18,170 nt of DNA from Candidatus Hermodarchaeota archaeon (GCA_016840135.1 JAEOSX010000168.1:1-18170); one strand, 5' to 3'; positions 1 through 7,400 are shown, counted from the first letter of the stretch. Program-made: numbers and translations. Notes: a model not told the origin generated them from the sequence alone.

Positions 1-498
1 CGCTCCTTGGTGCGAGACACGCTAACAGCGCGACAGCTGCTTGAAGCAGAGGGTTCCAGCTGGGAGGAGTTTCTCCTAGAGGAACACATCACTGAAAGAT
101 TTCCAGAAGCTTCAGGGAAGCTTCAGATAGGAGAACAAGCACCTCAGGGAGAGACACCTGTAGAATTAACAGGCCAGACCTCGGCCAAAATGGCGGCTAA
201 AGCAGCAGACATAGTCTCTGATATTATTACACTAATTGATATCGCCAAGCTTGGTGATGTCGCCAGAATGGATTTAATCGTACCCTTACTAGACGATGCA
301 ATTATCTTACTCACGAAATATCCGAATTTTCCCCCTGACTATTGGATTCTAATTGCATTGAAAGAGTGGCGGGATAGGCTTCAACAGCGTGACCCACGTG
401 ATAAACTCTCACCAGAAGAAGCAAAACACCTTGAATTTCAGTCAATCCGATGGTTGAATGATTTCAAACGACGTCTTCGGGAGATGGCTGCCGAGTAA
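1..498 (+). CDS. Vps28-like ESCRT-I subunit, 5'-truncated by the window edge
   Basis: Frame is open to base 1 (cgc tcc precede the TTG at 7). C-terminal region 'ADIVSDIITLIDIAKLGDVARMDLIVPLLDDAIILLTKYPNFPPDYW...LKEWRDRL...DKLSPEEAKHLEFQSIRWLNDFKRRL' follows the Vps28 C-terminal four-helix bundle pattern (DVVSLFIT.MD.L.....MD.I.P.L.......LPPDFEG....WL..L....DEL....R...FDLESAYN.F.R.L). N-terminal 'RDTLTARQ...SSWEEFLLEEHITERFPEASGKLQIG' resembles the end of the Vps28 core domain. Confidence 0.75.
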   Translation, partial: RSLVRDTLTARQLLEAEGSSWEEFLLEEHITERFPEASGKLQIGEQAPQGETPVELTGQTSAKMAAKAADIVSDIITLIDIAKLGDVARMDLIVPLLDDAIILLTKYPNFPPDYWILIALKEWRDRLQQRDPRDKLSPEEAKHLEFQSIRWLNDFKRRLREMAAE

Positions 499-516
499 TT
501 ATGTCGAGGCAGATAG

Positions 517-813
517 TTGATGAAGGGTTCAGCGTGGTCATTTGCAGAGATGCGAGAGCGGCTGGTGAATGTTATAAATAAAGCAAATCTACAGATAAAC
601 GCTGAATATGTTCTTGAGGACCTCGATGTGGTCGTCGCGTTCGCTCAGGCTATGCTTGGTAACAACCATCTGGTTACAACTGAGGCACAAGAATGGTACG
701 GATACTTCTGGGATAAGTACCGCAATAACCTAGAACAACATGTGGAGGAGCACGAAGCACGTCGTTTTGCGATGTGTGCAGAGATGTGGTTAAATTACAT
801 TCGACAGATTTGA
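517..813 (+). CDS. Small predicted all-helical protein in the ESCRT locus; possibly an ESCRT-I-like or Vps28-CTD-like subunit
   Basis: 98-aa ORF (TTG at 517 or ATG at 520) between the vps28-like and vps22-like genes on the same strand. Weak similarity in pattern to the preceding gene's C-terminal bundle (EW...30 aa...EMWLNYIRQI versus EW...27 aa...IRWLNDFKRRL). Confidence 0.6.
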   Translation: MMKGSAWSFAEMRERLVNVINKANLQINAEYVLEDLDVVVAFAQAMLGNNHLVTTEAQEWYGYFWDKYRNNLEQHVEEHEARRFAMCAEMWLNYIRQI

Positions 814-825
814 GGAGGACTTGCT

Positions 826-1563
826 GTGTGTGGACTTCATGAAATAGAAAAACGAATAGAGATGGATGCTGCTTATCGACGGAAACGTGCCAAGCTTATG
901 CTCAAAGAACTGGAAAATATGCTTCAAACTATCGCGGAACTAGGCAGCCAAGCGGAAAATTTCGAAAGATCATATGGTGAAATTCTAGAAGATACGCCAG
1001 AGCTTGGTGAGAAGGTTGCAGCAATTGCTAGAGAACTTGGGATCACCCTGCCCAGTGTTTCAGCGCCCGTTGATGTGGAAGATAAGCCAGGGCTGTTCGA
1101 GCGCATCACAGGACGTGGACGTTTCTACGAACAGCTAGGATTACAAATTCTTGACCTAGCTAAACGGCGGAGAAGTGAAACTGGGGGTATAATGACTCTT
1201 GCAGAAGTTGTAATCTTGGTAAATAAACGTCGCCGCCACAATGTTTCTCAGGTTGATGTGGCACGTGCCATCCACCACCTTACTAGTGCTAAGCTGATTC
1301 CAGGGCTACACAAGCTCAGGTCCGGCATCAAGATTGTCGAGTTTATTCCTCGTGAATTTACTGAAGACCAAGTTATCGTGCTTTCCCTTGCTAGCCGAAC
1401 TGGGTACACCACACTTGAAGATGTTATGACTCAAACTCGGTGGAATCGAGAACGCGCACTTGCAGCGCTCCAGAGCCTCAAAGATTCAGGTGCGGCTAAA
1501 CTTGACGAATCTTACGCTCATGGAACCCGATACTTCTTCCCTGGACTTACTCCTTCAGCATAA
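826..1563 (+). CDS. ESCRT-II EAP30 family, Vps22/SNF8-like protein
   Basis: 'LGLQILDLAKRRRSETGGIMTLAEVVILVNKRR..HNVSQVDVARAIHHL..' and 'FIPREFTEDQVIVLSLASRTGYTTLEDVMTQTRWNRERALAALQSLKDSGAAKLDE....RYFFPGL' match the EAP30 tandem winged-helix pattern and SNF8 in particular (P.EL..DH..VL.LA...GYVT......L.W..ERA...L..L...G.AWLD......Y..P.L). N-terminal helical hairpin present. GTG start preceded by AGGAGG at 813-818. Confidence 0.87.
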   Translation: MCGLHEIEKRIEMDAAYRRKRAKLMLKELENMLQTIAELGSQAENFERSYGEILEDTPELGEKVAAIARELGITLPSVSAPVDVEDKPGLFERITGRGRFYEQLGLQILDLAKRRRSETGGIMTLAEVVILVNKRRRHNVSQVDVARAIHHLTSAKLIPGLHKLRSGIKIVEFIPREFTEDQVIVLSLASRTGYTTLEDVMTQTRWNRERALAALQSLKDSGAAKLDESYAHGTRYFFPGLTPSA

Positions 1564-1568
1564 CTGAT

Positions 1569-1590
1569 AGAGACCACTAGAGTGGTTTCT
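1569..1590. terminator. Hairpin between convergent vps22-like and vps25-like genes (possible bidirectional terminator)
   Basis: AGAGACCAC (1569-1577) pairs with GTGGTTTCT (1582-1590) around the TAGA loop; 9-bp stem with one G-T wobble; U-rich sequence downstream on the + strand. Confidence 0.4.
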
Positions 1591-1614
1591 TCAACTGCTG
1601 CTCTATTCTTCATT

Positions 1615-2352
1615 TTATATTCTTATTTCTAGAACTTCCCGCTCCTTGTCTAGCCAACGGGCTCTCTTCTGTTTCACAAGGATGTCAAGAATTTCGCGAA
1701 GTTCAGATTTAGGGAGACTTTCCAGATCGTCACGGTGCTCCTTTAATTTGAAGAGCGTGAAGGTTGTACGACCAGTATCTAACGCCCAGCGATGAATCTC
1801 ATCTGCCCATTCCTCATCAGTCTTCCAGAAAACCCGGATTATACCCTCTGCTTCATCAATCCAGCGACCTAATTCCTGTTTCACAAGACTTCCCAGTATG
1901 AATCTGGCGGCACGTTGCCTGTCAGACCGTATATCATTGAAGGGGTCCAACATTACTAGCTTACGGGTAGACACGATGTGAAGGAGAACTTCCCGACAGA
2001 AATCAAGCGTGAACCCAGCCCATTCGGCGCTCCATTGTTCAATGTCTTCTTCTGAGCTAGGAATTGCGAACATGAAAGCATAGCGTCCTCGTTTTGCAAT
2101 CCAGACGTACCTTGATTTGAGGTGCTTGACTGCTAGTCTTGCAAGTTCCTCTATGCTCCTTTCCTCTTCCTCCTCAACTGGCATAACAAGAACAGCAGCT
2201 TCTTCCTCTGAATCGTCCTCTTTCTCGATTGAACGGCTTGTCTCCTGTTGTGCTTTTTCAAGAACTTGGAGATATTCCTCATCACTGAGGTGCACGGGTT
2301 TAGGCGAATCCTCCTTCTCTTTTGTCCGCCTTCTTGTCTTCTCCTTGACCAC
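1615..2352 (-). CDS. ESCRT-II Vps25-like protein with charged N-terminal extension
   Basis: 'QWSAEWAGFTLDFCR..KLVMLDP...' then 'GRWIDEAEGIIRVFWKTDEEWADEIHRWALDTGRTTFTLFKLKE..DDLESLPKSELREILDILVKQKRARWLD' matches the Vps25 tandem winged-helix pattern (W..LIL.YCR....Y.LD; AEWLD....ILW.SPEEWA..IY.WV...G..NTV.TLYEL; L...L..L...G.AE.). Located 13 bp after vps4. Confidence 0.85.
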   Translation of the reverse strand: MVKEKTRRRTKEKEDSPKPVHLSDEEYLQVLEKAQQETSRSIEKEDDSEEEAAVLVMPVEEEEERSIEELARLAVKHLKSRYVWIAKRGRYAFMFAIPSSEEDIEQWSAEWAGFTLDFCREVLLHIVSTRKLVMLDPFNDIRSDRQRAARFILGSLVKQELGRWIDEAEGIIRVFWKTDEEWADEIHRWALDTGRTTFTLFKLKEHRDDLESLPKSELREILDILVKQKRARWLDKEREVLEIRI

Positions 2353-2365
2353 AACTCATCCCCTA

Positions 2366-3523
2366 CTAGGAGCCGTGCTTCTCCTCCCATTCCTTATATT
2401 TTTGCAACTCCTCTGGCGTAATTGTCGTATGGATGTGACTCAAACTCTCAACGAAATCTTTCTGGATGACAGGTCGTATCTGCTTCTCCTTATCCCGAAT
2501 AGCCCCTGAGATATCCAGTTCACGAATCGGTTCAAGAGAAGCCTCCCGACAAATATGAGCGATATCGGAGCCTGCATACCCCTCAGTCATATCGCCAAGC
2601 TGGTCAAAGTCAACATCGCTTTCCAACTCGATGCCCCTCGTGTGAATCTCGAAAATCCGTACTCTTGCTGCCTTCTCGGGGGTAGGAACATAAATACGCC
2701 GTTCGAAACGCCGGCGAAAAGCTGGATCAATATCCCAAGGTCGGTTTGTCGCACCCAGCACAACAACACGGTCACCCTTCCGGCTCTTCATACCATCAAT
2801 CTCAACAAGGAATTGGGTCTTCAGGCGACGCTCCCCGCCCACTTGGTCAGTACCACGCTGGGCTGTTAAAGCATCAACCTCGTCAAGGAACACAATAGAA
2901 GGCTGAGACTTCCTAGCAGCTGTAAAAAGCTGCTTAACCAGTCTCTCTGATTCACCCAACCACTTCGAAACAAGCGACCCAGCATCTGCGTTGAAGAATG
3001 TAGCCTCAGTCTCGTTCGCCACCGCTTTGGCAATCAAAGTTTTACCACAACCAGGAGGCCCAAAGAGCAAAACTCCTCTCCAAGGTTGACGCGCACCAGT
3101 AAACAAATCTGGACGGAGAATAGGTAAGATGATGGCTTCGCGCAACGCTTGCTTTGCTTCCTCAAGGTTCGCCACATCATCCCATTTAACGCTCGGTTTC
3201 TCACGAACAACCAAACTAGCTATGTCGTCCTGTAACTCCGAATCTGGACCCTCTACTTCTGTATCCCCGATATCAGGACCAGGACCCCCCACTCTAACAC
3301 GCCCACTCCGTAGTAATTTTGCTCGAGCAATATACTGCTCAGCTCTCTCCAAGGCAATAAGCCTCATCTTTGGCATCCTCGAAATCCTCGCTGCCTTTGC
3401 GAGAATATCTGCAGCCTCGATGTAAATGGAAGCAGCCTCCGAGCGTTTGCCAGCCCTATCATATTCAGATGCCTTGCTCGCTTTTTCTTCAGCGATTCTC
3501 ATAAGATATTGTGCACTGCTCAA
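2366..3523 (-). CDS. vps4: Vps4/katanin-like AAA ATPase with N-terminal MIT domain
   Basis: N-terminal MIT-like helices 'AEEKASKASEYDRAGKRSEAASIYIEAADILAKAARI'; Walker A GPPGCGKT; Walker B SIVFLDEVDAL; 'LVSKWLGESERLVKQLFTAAR'; arginine fingers 'FRRRFERRIYVPTP'; C-terminal helix 'LQKYKEWEEKHGS'. Confidence 0.93.
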   Translation of the reverse strand: MSSAQYLMRIAEEKASKASEYDRAGKRSEAASIYIEAADILAKAARISRMPKMRLIALERAEQYIARAKLLRSGRVRVGGPGPDIGDTEVEGPDSELQDDIASLVVREKPSVKWDDVANLEEAKQALREAIILPILRPDLFTGARQPWRGVLLFGPPGCGKTLIAKAVANETEATFFNADAGSLVSKWLGESERLVKQLFTAARKSQPSIVFLDEVDALTAQRGTDQVGGERRLKTQFLVEIDGMKSRKGDRVVVLGATNRPWDIDPAFRRRFERRIYVPTPEKAARVRIFEIHTRGIELESDVDFDQLGDMTEGYAGSDIAHICREASLEPIRELDISGAIRDKEKQIRPVIQKDFVESLSHIHTTITPEELQKYKEWEEKHGS

Positions 3524-3745
3524 CGCTAATCAACCTACCGAGGAAGACACAAGCCACTAGTAACAAAACGCCTTCTTTAGTCTTTGTGGAAATAGTACAC
3601 AATTATTCTGAGCCTTTGTCCCTAAGAACTAGTTCATCACAATGATAGTTAGTTTACAAAGACTTAATTTGGTGTAATTCGAATAACTCTTGTCGAAAAG
3701 ATAATAAGCCTCTCTTTAGCCAGAGGAAATTGGTAGATAATAAAA

Positions 3746-4357
3746 ATGTCAGCAATAAGACGATTCCAACAATGGCTCGGCGGAAAACCATCACTCAAGA
3801 AGCTAATCTTCCGACTAGACGTTTTTTGCCGTAAGTTGGATTTGCAGAGGAAGATGTTGGAGAAGGAAGCTAGTAAGAGTCGTCAGAAGGCGAAGAGATA
3901 CAGGCTTCAAGGCAATATGGATGCTGTTCGTCTTTACCTGCAGCATCACCTGCGGTTCCAGAAGTGGGCTCTTAGCGTTGATGCATATCGTTTACGTATT
4001 GAAGGATTACAGACTCAGCTTCGGCAGAGCGAGGCAATGGGCGATCTTGCGAAGATTCTCGGCCAGCTTAATGCTGCCTTGGGCGGGCTGAAAACCCAAG
4101 TCAAGGTGCCGGAGGTGGCCCAGCTTGTTGATCAGATTGAAGGGAACCTACGCCACTTCGAGATGACCCAAGAGATTGCGGATGCAGGCATGGAGCGTAT
4201 GTCAGTATCTACTGAAGTGACTGATGGCGAAGTAAGCCAGGCATTAACAGATCTTGACCAGGAAATTGAAGTAGAAACAGGTACCGCACTTCCCCAACCA
4301 GAACAGCGCGTTTCGCAACTAGAGGAAGAAATTCGAAGGCTTAAGGAGGAAAGCTAG
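3746..4357 (+). CDS. ESCRT-III protein, Snf7 superfamily, CHMP1-3 / Vps2-24-46-like
   Basis: 'KLDLQRKMLEKEASKSRQKAKRYRLQGNMDAVRLYLQHHLRFQKWALSVDAYRLRIEGLQTQL...MGDLAKILGQLNAAL' fits CHMP1-type helices 1-3. Acidic C-terminal half ends in MIM1-like 'VSQLEEEIRRLKEES'. Confidence 0.85.
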   Translation: MSAIRRFQQWLGGKPSLKKLIFRLDVFCRKLDLQRKMLEKEASKSRQKAKRYRLQGNMDAVRLYLQHHLRFQKWALSVDAYRLRIEGLQTQLRQSEAMGDLAKILGQLNAALGGLKTQVKVPEVAQLVDQIEGNLRHFEMTQEIADAGMERMSVSTEVTDGEVSQALTDLDQEIEVETGTALPQPEQRVSQLEEEIRRLKEES

Positions 4358-5014
4358 ATGGCAAAAGGGAGATTCAGCTCATTATGGGAAAGGCTATTCC
4401 CTAGGAAGCCTGAACCGAAGGAAGATACTATTGCCCGGATTCACCGGGTTGTCGATGCGCTTGAGGTTCGGGGTCGCCAATATGAGACCAAGGCCAAAGA
4501 TTCTCGTGTCAAAGCTATTCGTTATGTGAAGCGCGGAGACAGGAAAGCGGCAAAGCTCCAACTCAGGAGACGATCAAGATATCTACGCAAGGCAAGGTTG
4601 GTCGAACAAGAAATTGACCTAATGGAGCGGGGCGTAGAAGCCATCGAACAGGCTAAGGGCGAGGCTGAAGTTATGGGGGCTCTCCGTGGAATCGGCTCAA
4701 CCCTTGAGCAGTTACGCGAAACTGCGTCACCCGAATCTGCTCGGGAAACCATCTTAGAAACCCAAGCACTTATCGAGGAAGCAGAGTCAACTGAAGAGAT
4801 TCTAGGCCTCGGTTTGGACGACGATGAGTTGGATGCTGACGTCGAAGCAGAATTGGAAGACATTGAGACACTAGTCGCTCTTGAAGAGGCTGGACAACTA
4901 CCCACGGTTCCTACAGGTGAATCAGAAGTGACTACAGGGGAGCTAACGTCAGAAGAAAGACGTGAACGTACCCGCAAAGAGCTTGATCGCCTTCGAAAGG
5001 AACTAGAAGAATAA
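4358..5014 (+). CDS. ESCRT-III protein, Snf7 superfamily, CHMP4-7-like
   Basis: Basic N-terminus, then 'ALEVRGRQYETKAKDSRVKAIRYVKRGDRKAAKLQLRRRSRYLRKARLVEQEIDLMERGVEAIE' (Snf7 helix 1/2 pattern), acidic C-terminal half, and C-terminal helix 'RERTRKELDRLRKELEE'. Start codon directly abuts the previous stop (TAGATG). Confidence 0.8.
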   Translation: MAKGRFSSLWERLFPRKPEPKEDTIARIHRVVDALEVRGRQYETKAKDSRVKAIRYVKRGDRKAAKLQLRRRSRYLRKARLVEQEIDLMERGVEAIEQAKGEAEVMGALRGIGSTLEQLRETASPESARETILETQALIEEAESTEEILGLGLDDDELDADVEAELEDIETLVALEEAGQLPTVPTGESEVTTGELTSEERRERTRKELDRLRKELEE

Positions 5015-5060
5015 TCAGCAAAATCCCAATCCTTCAAACATTGTCTTTCTGGCGTTTAAG

Positions 5061-6557
5061 CTAAAAGAAGGGGTCATCAGTTACAGAGTGTTCCCCAGTC
5101 AATTCGCCAATTCGGGTTTCTACTAGGTAGAGGTCCCGGCTCAAGGAACGATATTGCTTGAAGAAGCTTTCGTTAGATATTTTTCCCTCGTCGAATTGTC
5201 GCTTCAGAAGCTTCAATGTAGCTTGGAGGCTATACTTCTGTTGCCGTAACTGGAAGAGCTGGTCATGGGGAAGTCGGCTCACTTCGCTCCTTGAAGGTGG
5301 ATATTGTGCTGGTTGATGGCTTTGTGCCGTGGTATGATGACTATGGAGACCCGAGGGGACTGAGGGAATATCTTTGGTAACAGCTTGATCTATCAGCCTG
5401 TCAATTTCATCTCGTAGCACCATGATATCCACTTTCATGCTAGTCACCCGCATGGAGCCCTTGATAGTGACAAGACTGTGTTCACTGAAGTTCTGAGCCA
5501 ATGCAATTGTTTTTGGAATCTCTTGGAGTGTCTCAGAAGTTCCCCGAAGCCTTAATACATCCTCTTCAGTAGTGACAAGAAGCCTTCGACGGATGCGCCC
5601 CTCCTCTGATGTACTGGTGATTGCAGAAAGAGGTACAATACGAATCACAGATATACCCCGCTTTATCAAGCCAGTTTGACCTAGAAATAGAAGCCGCTGG
5701 GTCGTCACGAAAAGAGTTCCATGACTCACCCCCTTTCCTGTTTCTGTTTTACTCAAACTTACTAGTGGAATCGCAGCAACAGCTTTCTCCTCTTCACTGA
5801 TGTCAAGGTGTTCGGCGTATTTTGAAAACAGCATATGCCATTGTTGCAGCGGTACTAACTCCCTTTCTATAGTTCCCAATATGTCTTCTAATTCTTTGAT
5901 TAGCTCTAGACAATATCTTTCATAATCGTCGATGTCCTCTTGTATGCCTTCTATTAGTCCAGCTAGAAGTGGAAAATCTGAAACTTGCCATTTTTCGGGA
6001 TGAATAAAACGAGCTTTGCTTGCCTTGTGTCGTTCAACTACTTTGTGAGCTCGAAAGACTATTCGTTCATTTACCGCTGGAATCCTTTTCGTGATAAGTT
6101 CCAGTAATTTCTTCTCTATTTCGGGATTGTGAAGGAAACCATTATTACGTAACTCTCGGATATGCCATCGCAAAGTTCTCAAACGAGTAGCAAACCCTGA
6201 CAGTAATTCATGTCCCACACGAAGCTTGTAGTATGTTGTTTGAAACCGACTAACAAGTTTTTGCCGCATATTATGGATTGGTGTCACAGCTGTTGAACCA
6301 CAGTTGACACACAAATGCTCCCTTCGGGTCGCTCGCTGTGCTGGTTCTCCACACTCGCTGCAAACCGCCCCCTCCTCAGTTTCCTCCATACTGCTGGGAC
6401 CACAGCGGCTACAAGTGTTAAACTCGCTTACTTTCTGTTTAGAACATTTCAAACAGAAAACATAGCCACAATCCATACAACAGCGCTCAACCACACGAAT
6501 ACGGCAAATCGGGCATAACTGATCACTGCTTTGTGGTCCTTGTTTTGGTAAGGACAT
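5061..6557 (-). CDS. Multidomain protein: treble-clef (FYVE/RING-like) zinc finger, zinc ribbon, helical region, GRAM/PH-like domain and C-terminal SHOCT-like helical motif
   Basis: CPIC-x7-CMDC-x4-CLKC-x10-CSRC followed by CSEC-x14-CVNC; long helical middle; 'KGVSHGTLFVTTQRLLFLGQTGLIKRGISVIRIVPLSAITSTSEEGRIRRRLLVTTEEDVLRLRG' typical of GRAM/bacterial-PH folds; C-terminal 'LKRQFDEGKISNESFFKQYRSL'. Confidence 0.72.
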   Translation of the reverse strand: MSLPKQGPQSSDQLCPICRIRVVERCCMDCGYVFCLKCSKQKVSEFNTCSRCGPSSMEETEEGAVCSECGEPAQRATRREHLCVNCGSTAVTPIHNMRQKLVSRFQTTYYKLRVGHELLSGFATRLRTLRWHIRELRNNGFLHNPEIEKKLLELITKRIPAVNERIVFRAHKVVERHKASKARFIHPEKWQVSDFPLLAGLIEGIQEDIDDYERYCLELIKELEDILGTIERELVPLQQWHMLFSKYAEHLDISEEEKAVAAIPLVSLSKTETGKGVSHGTLFVTTQRLLFLGQTGLIKRGISVIRIVPLSAITSTSEEGRIRRRLLVTTEEDVLRLRGTSETLQEIPKTIALAQNFSEHSLVTIKGSMRVTSMKVDIMVLRDEIDRLIDQAVTKDIPSVPSGLHSHHTTAQSHQPAQYPPSRSEVSRLPHDQLFQLRQQKYSLQATLKLLKRQFDEGKISNESFFKQYRSLSRDLYLVETRIGELTGEHSVTDDPFF

Positions 6558-6627
6558 GATTCAACGTCAATAGAGTAATAGAAATAGTTTTCGTGGGATT
6601 GCGAGCCATCCATAGAATGCATAGAGG

Positions 6628-7377
6628 TCAGGTTTCAGGACGTCGAGAAGTTGATTGAGGGCGCCTAACAAGGAAATTCTCTAGCCCACGAGGAATTGGA
6701 AAATCGATTAACACGATTCTCTTTCGCAAAGGCAAAGCTACATTGAAAACAGGTGTTTTTCCTACTAATCCTTGGGTCAACCCTTGGTGGGCATGACCGT
6801 GAATAGCCATGGTTGGATTGTGCTTATTGACTAGTCTCTCAACACGCCTGCTTCCCATTTGTGGGAGTGCACGTCTCATCTCACCACTGAGAGTCTTGAA
6901 GGTTGGAGCATAATGCGAGAGAAGAATAGTGTGTTCAGCTTCAGAGCTTGCTTTTGCTAGGAGTGTGCTCAATATTCCTACACGCTGTGTGTAACGGTTA
7001 CGGATCCCTTTCACATATCGAGACTGCCAAAAGGTCGGCTGATCAAGAACCCCCCTCGTGCCTACAATTGCTACGCGCTCTCCGTTTAAAGACATGACTT
7101 TCATCTCGTCATCTAGAAAGGTGATGACATCCTTGGTCCTCTTGCGTAATTCATCCTTTATTGTATCGTACTCTTCGTTTCCGAATACTGCGAATATCGG
7201 GCATTCTAGCTCTTTTAGTTGTTCTGTTAATGGTTCTATGGCATCGACGTTACCACGATTAACCAGGTCACCTGCCAACAAGAACAAAGATGTATTATTA
7301 GGTAAATGGCTCAAAGACTTCACAAAGGAGTCCCGGAATCGGGGCCAGTGTATGTCGCTTGTCGCAGCGAGCAGCAC
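6628..7377 (-). CDS. Calcineurin-like metallophosphoesterase
   Basis: Metal-binding motifs: SDIH near the N-terminus, AGDLVNRG, FGNEEYD, LLSHYAP and GHAHQG. Confidence 0.9.
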   Translation of the reverse strand: MLLAATSDIHWPRFRDSFVKSLSHLPNNTSLFLLAGDLVNRGNVDAIEPLTEQLKELECPIFAVFGNEEYDTIKDELRKRTKDVITFLDDEMKVMSLNGERVAIVGTRGVLDQPTFWQSRYVKGIRNRYTQRVGILSTLLAKASSEAEHTILLSHYAPTFKTLSGEMRRALPQMGSRRVERLVNKHNPTMAIHGHAHQGLTQGLVGKTPVFNVALPLRKRIVLIDFPIPRGLENFLVRRPQSTSRRPET

Positions 7378-7400
7378 TTATCATTCCTCTGAACCAGATT

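Noticed and set aside
2117-2869. Plus-strand ORFs antisense to vps25/vps4 (130 and 104 aa)
   Set aside because: Low-complexity or Ser-rich composition and full overlap with strongly supported minus-strand genes; treated as shadow ORFs.
3524-3745. AT-rich motif AAAAGATAATAAG near 3695 as a TATA box for the ESCRT-III genes
   Set aside because: Plausible position, but the motif is a poor match to an archaeal TATA box and the region is generally AT-rich; not reported as a feature.
4522-5037. 171-aa minus-strand ORF opposite the second ESCRT-III gene
   Set aside because: Extremely Ser/Arg-rich translation typical of antisense to a charged coiled-coil protein; the sense frame has clear Snf7-like features.
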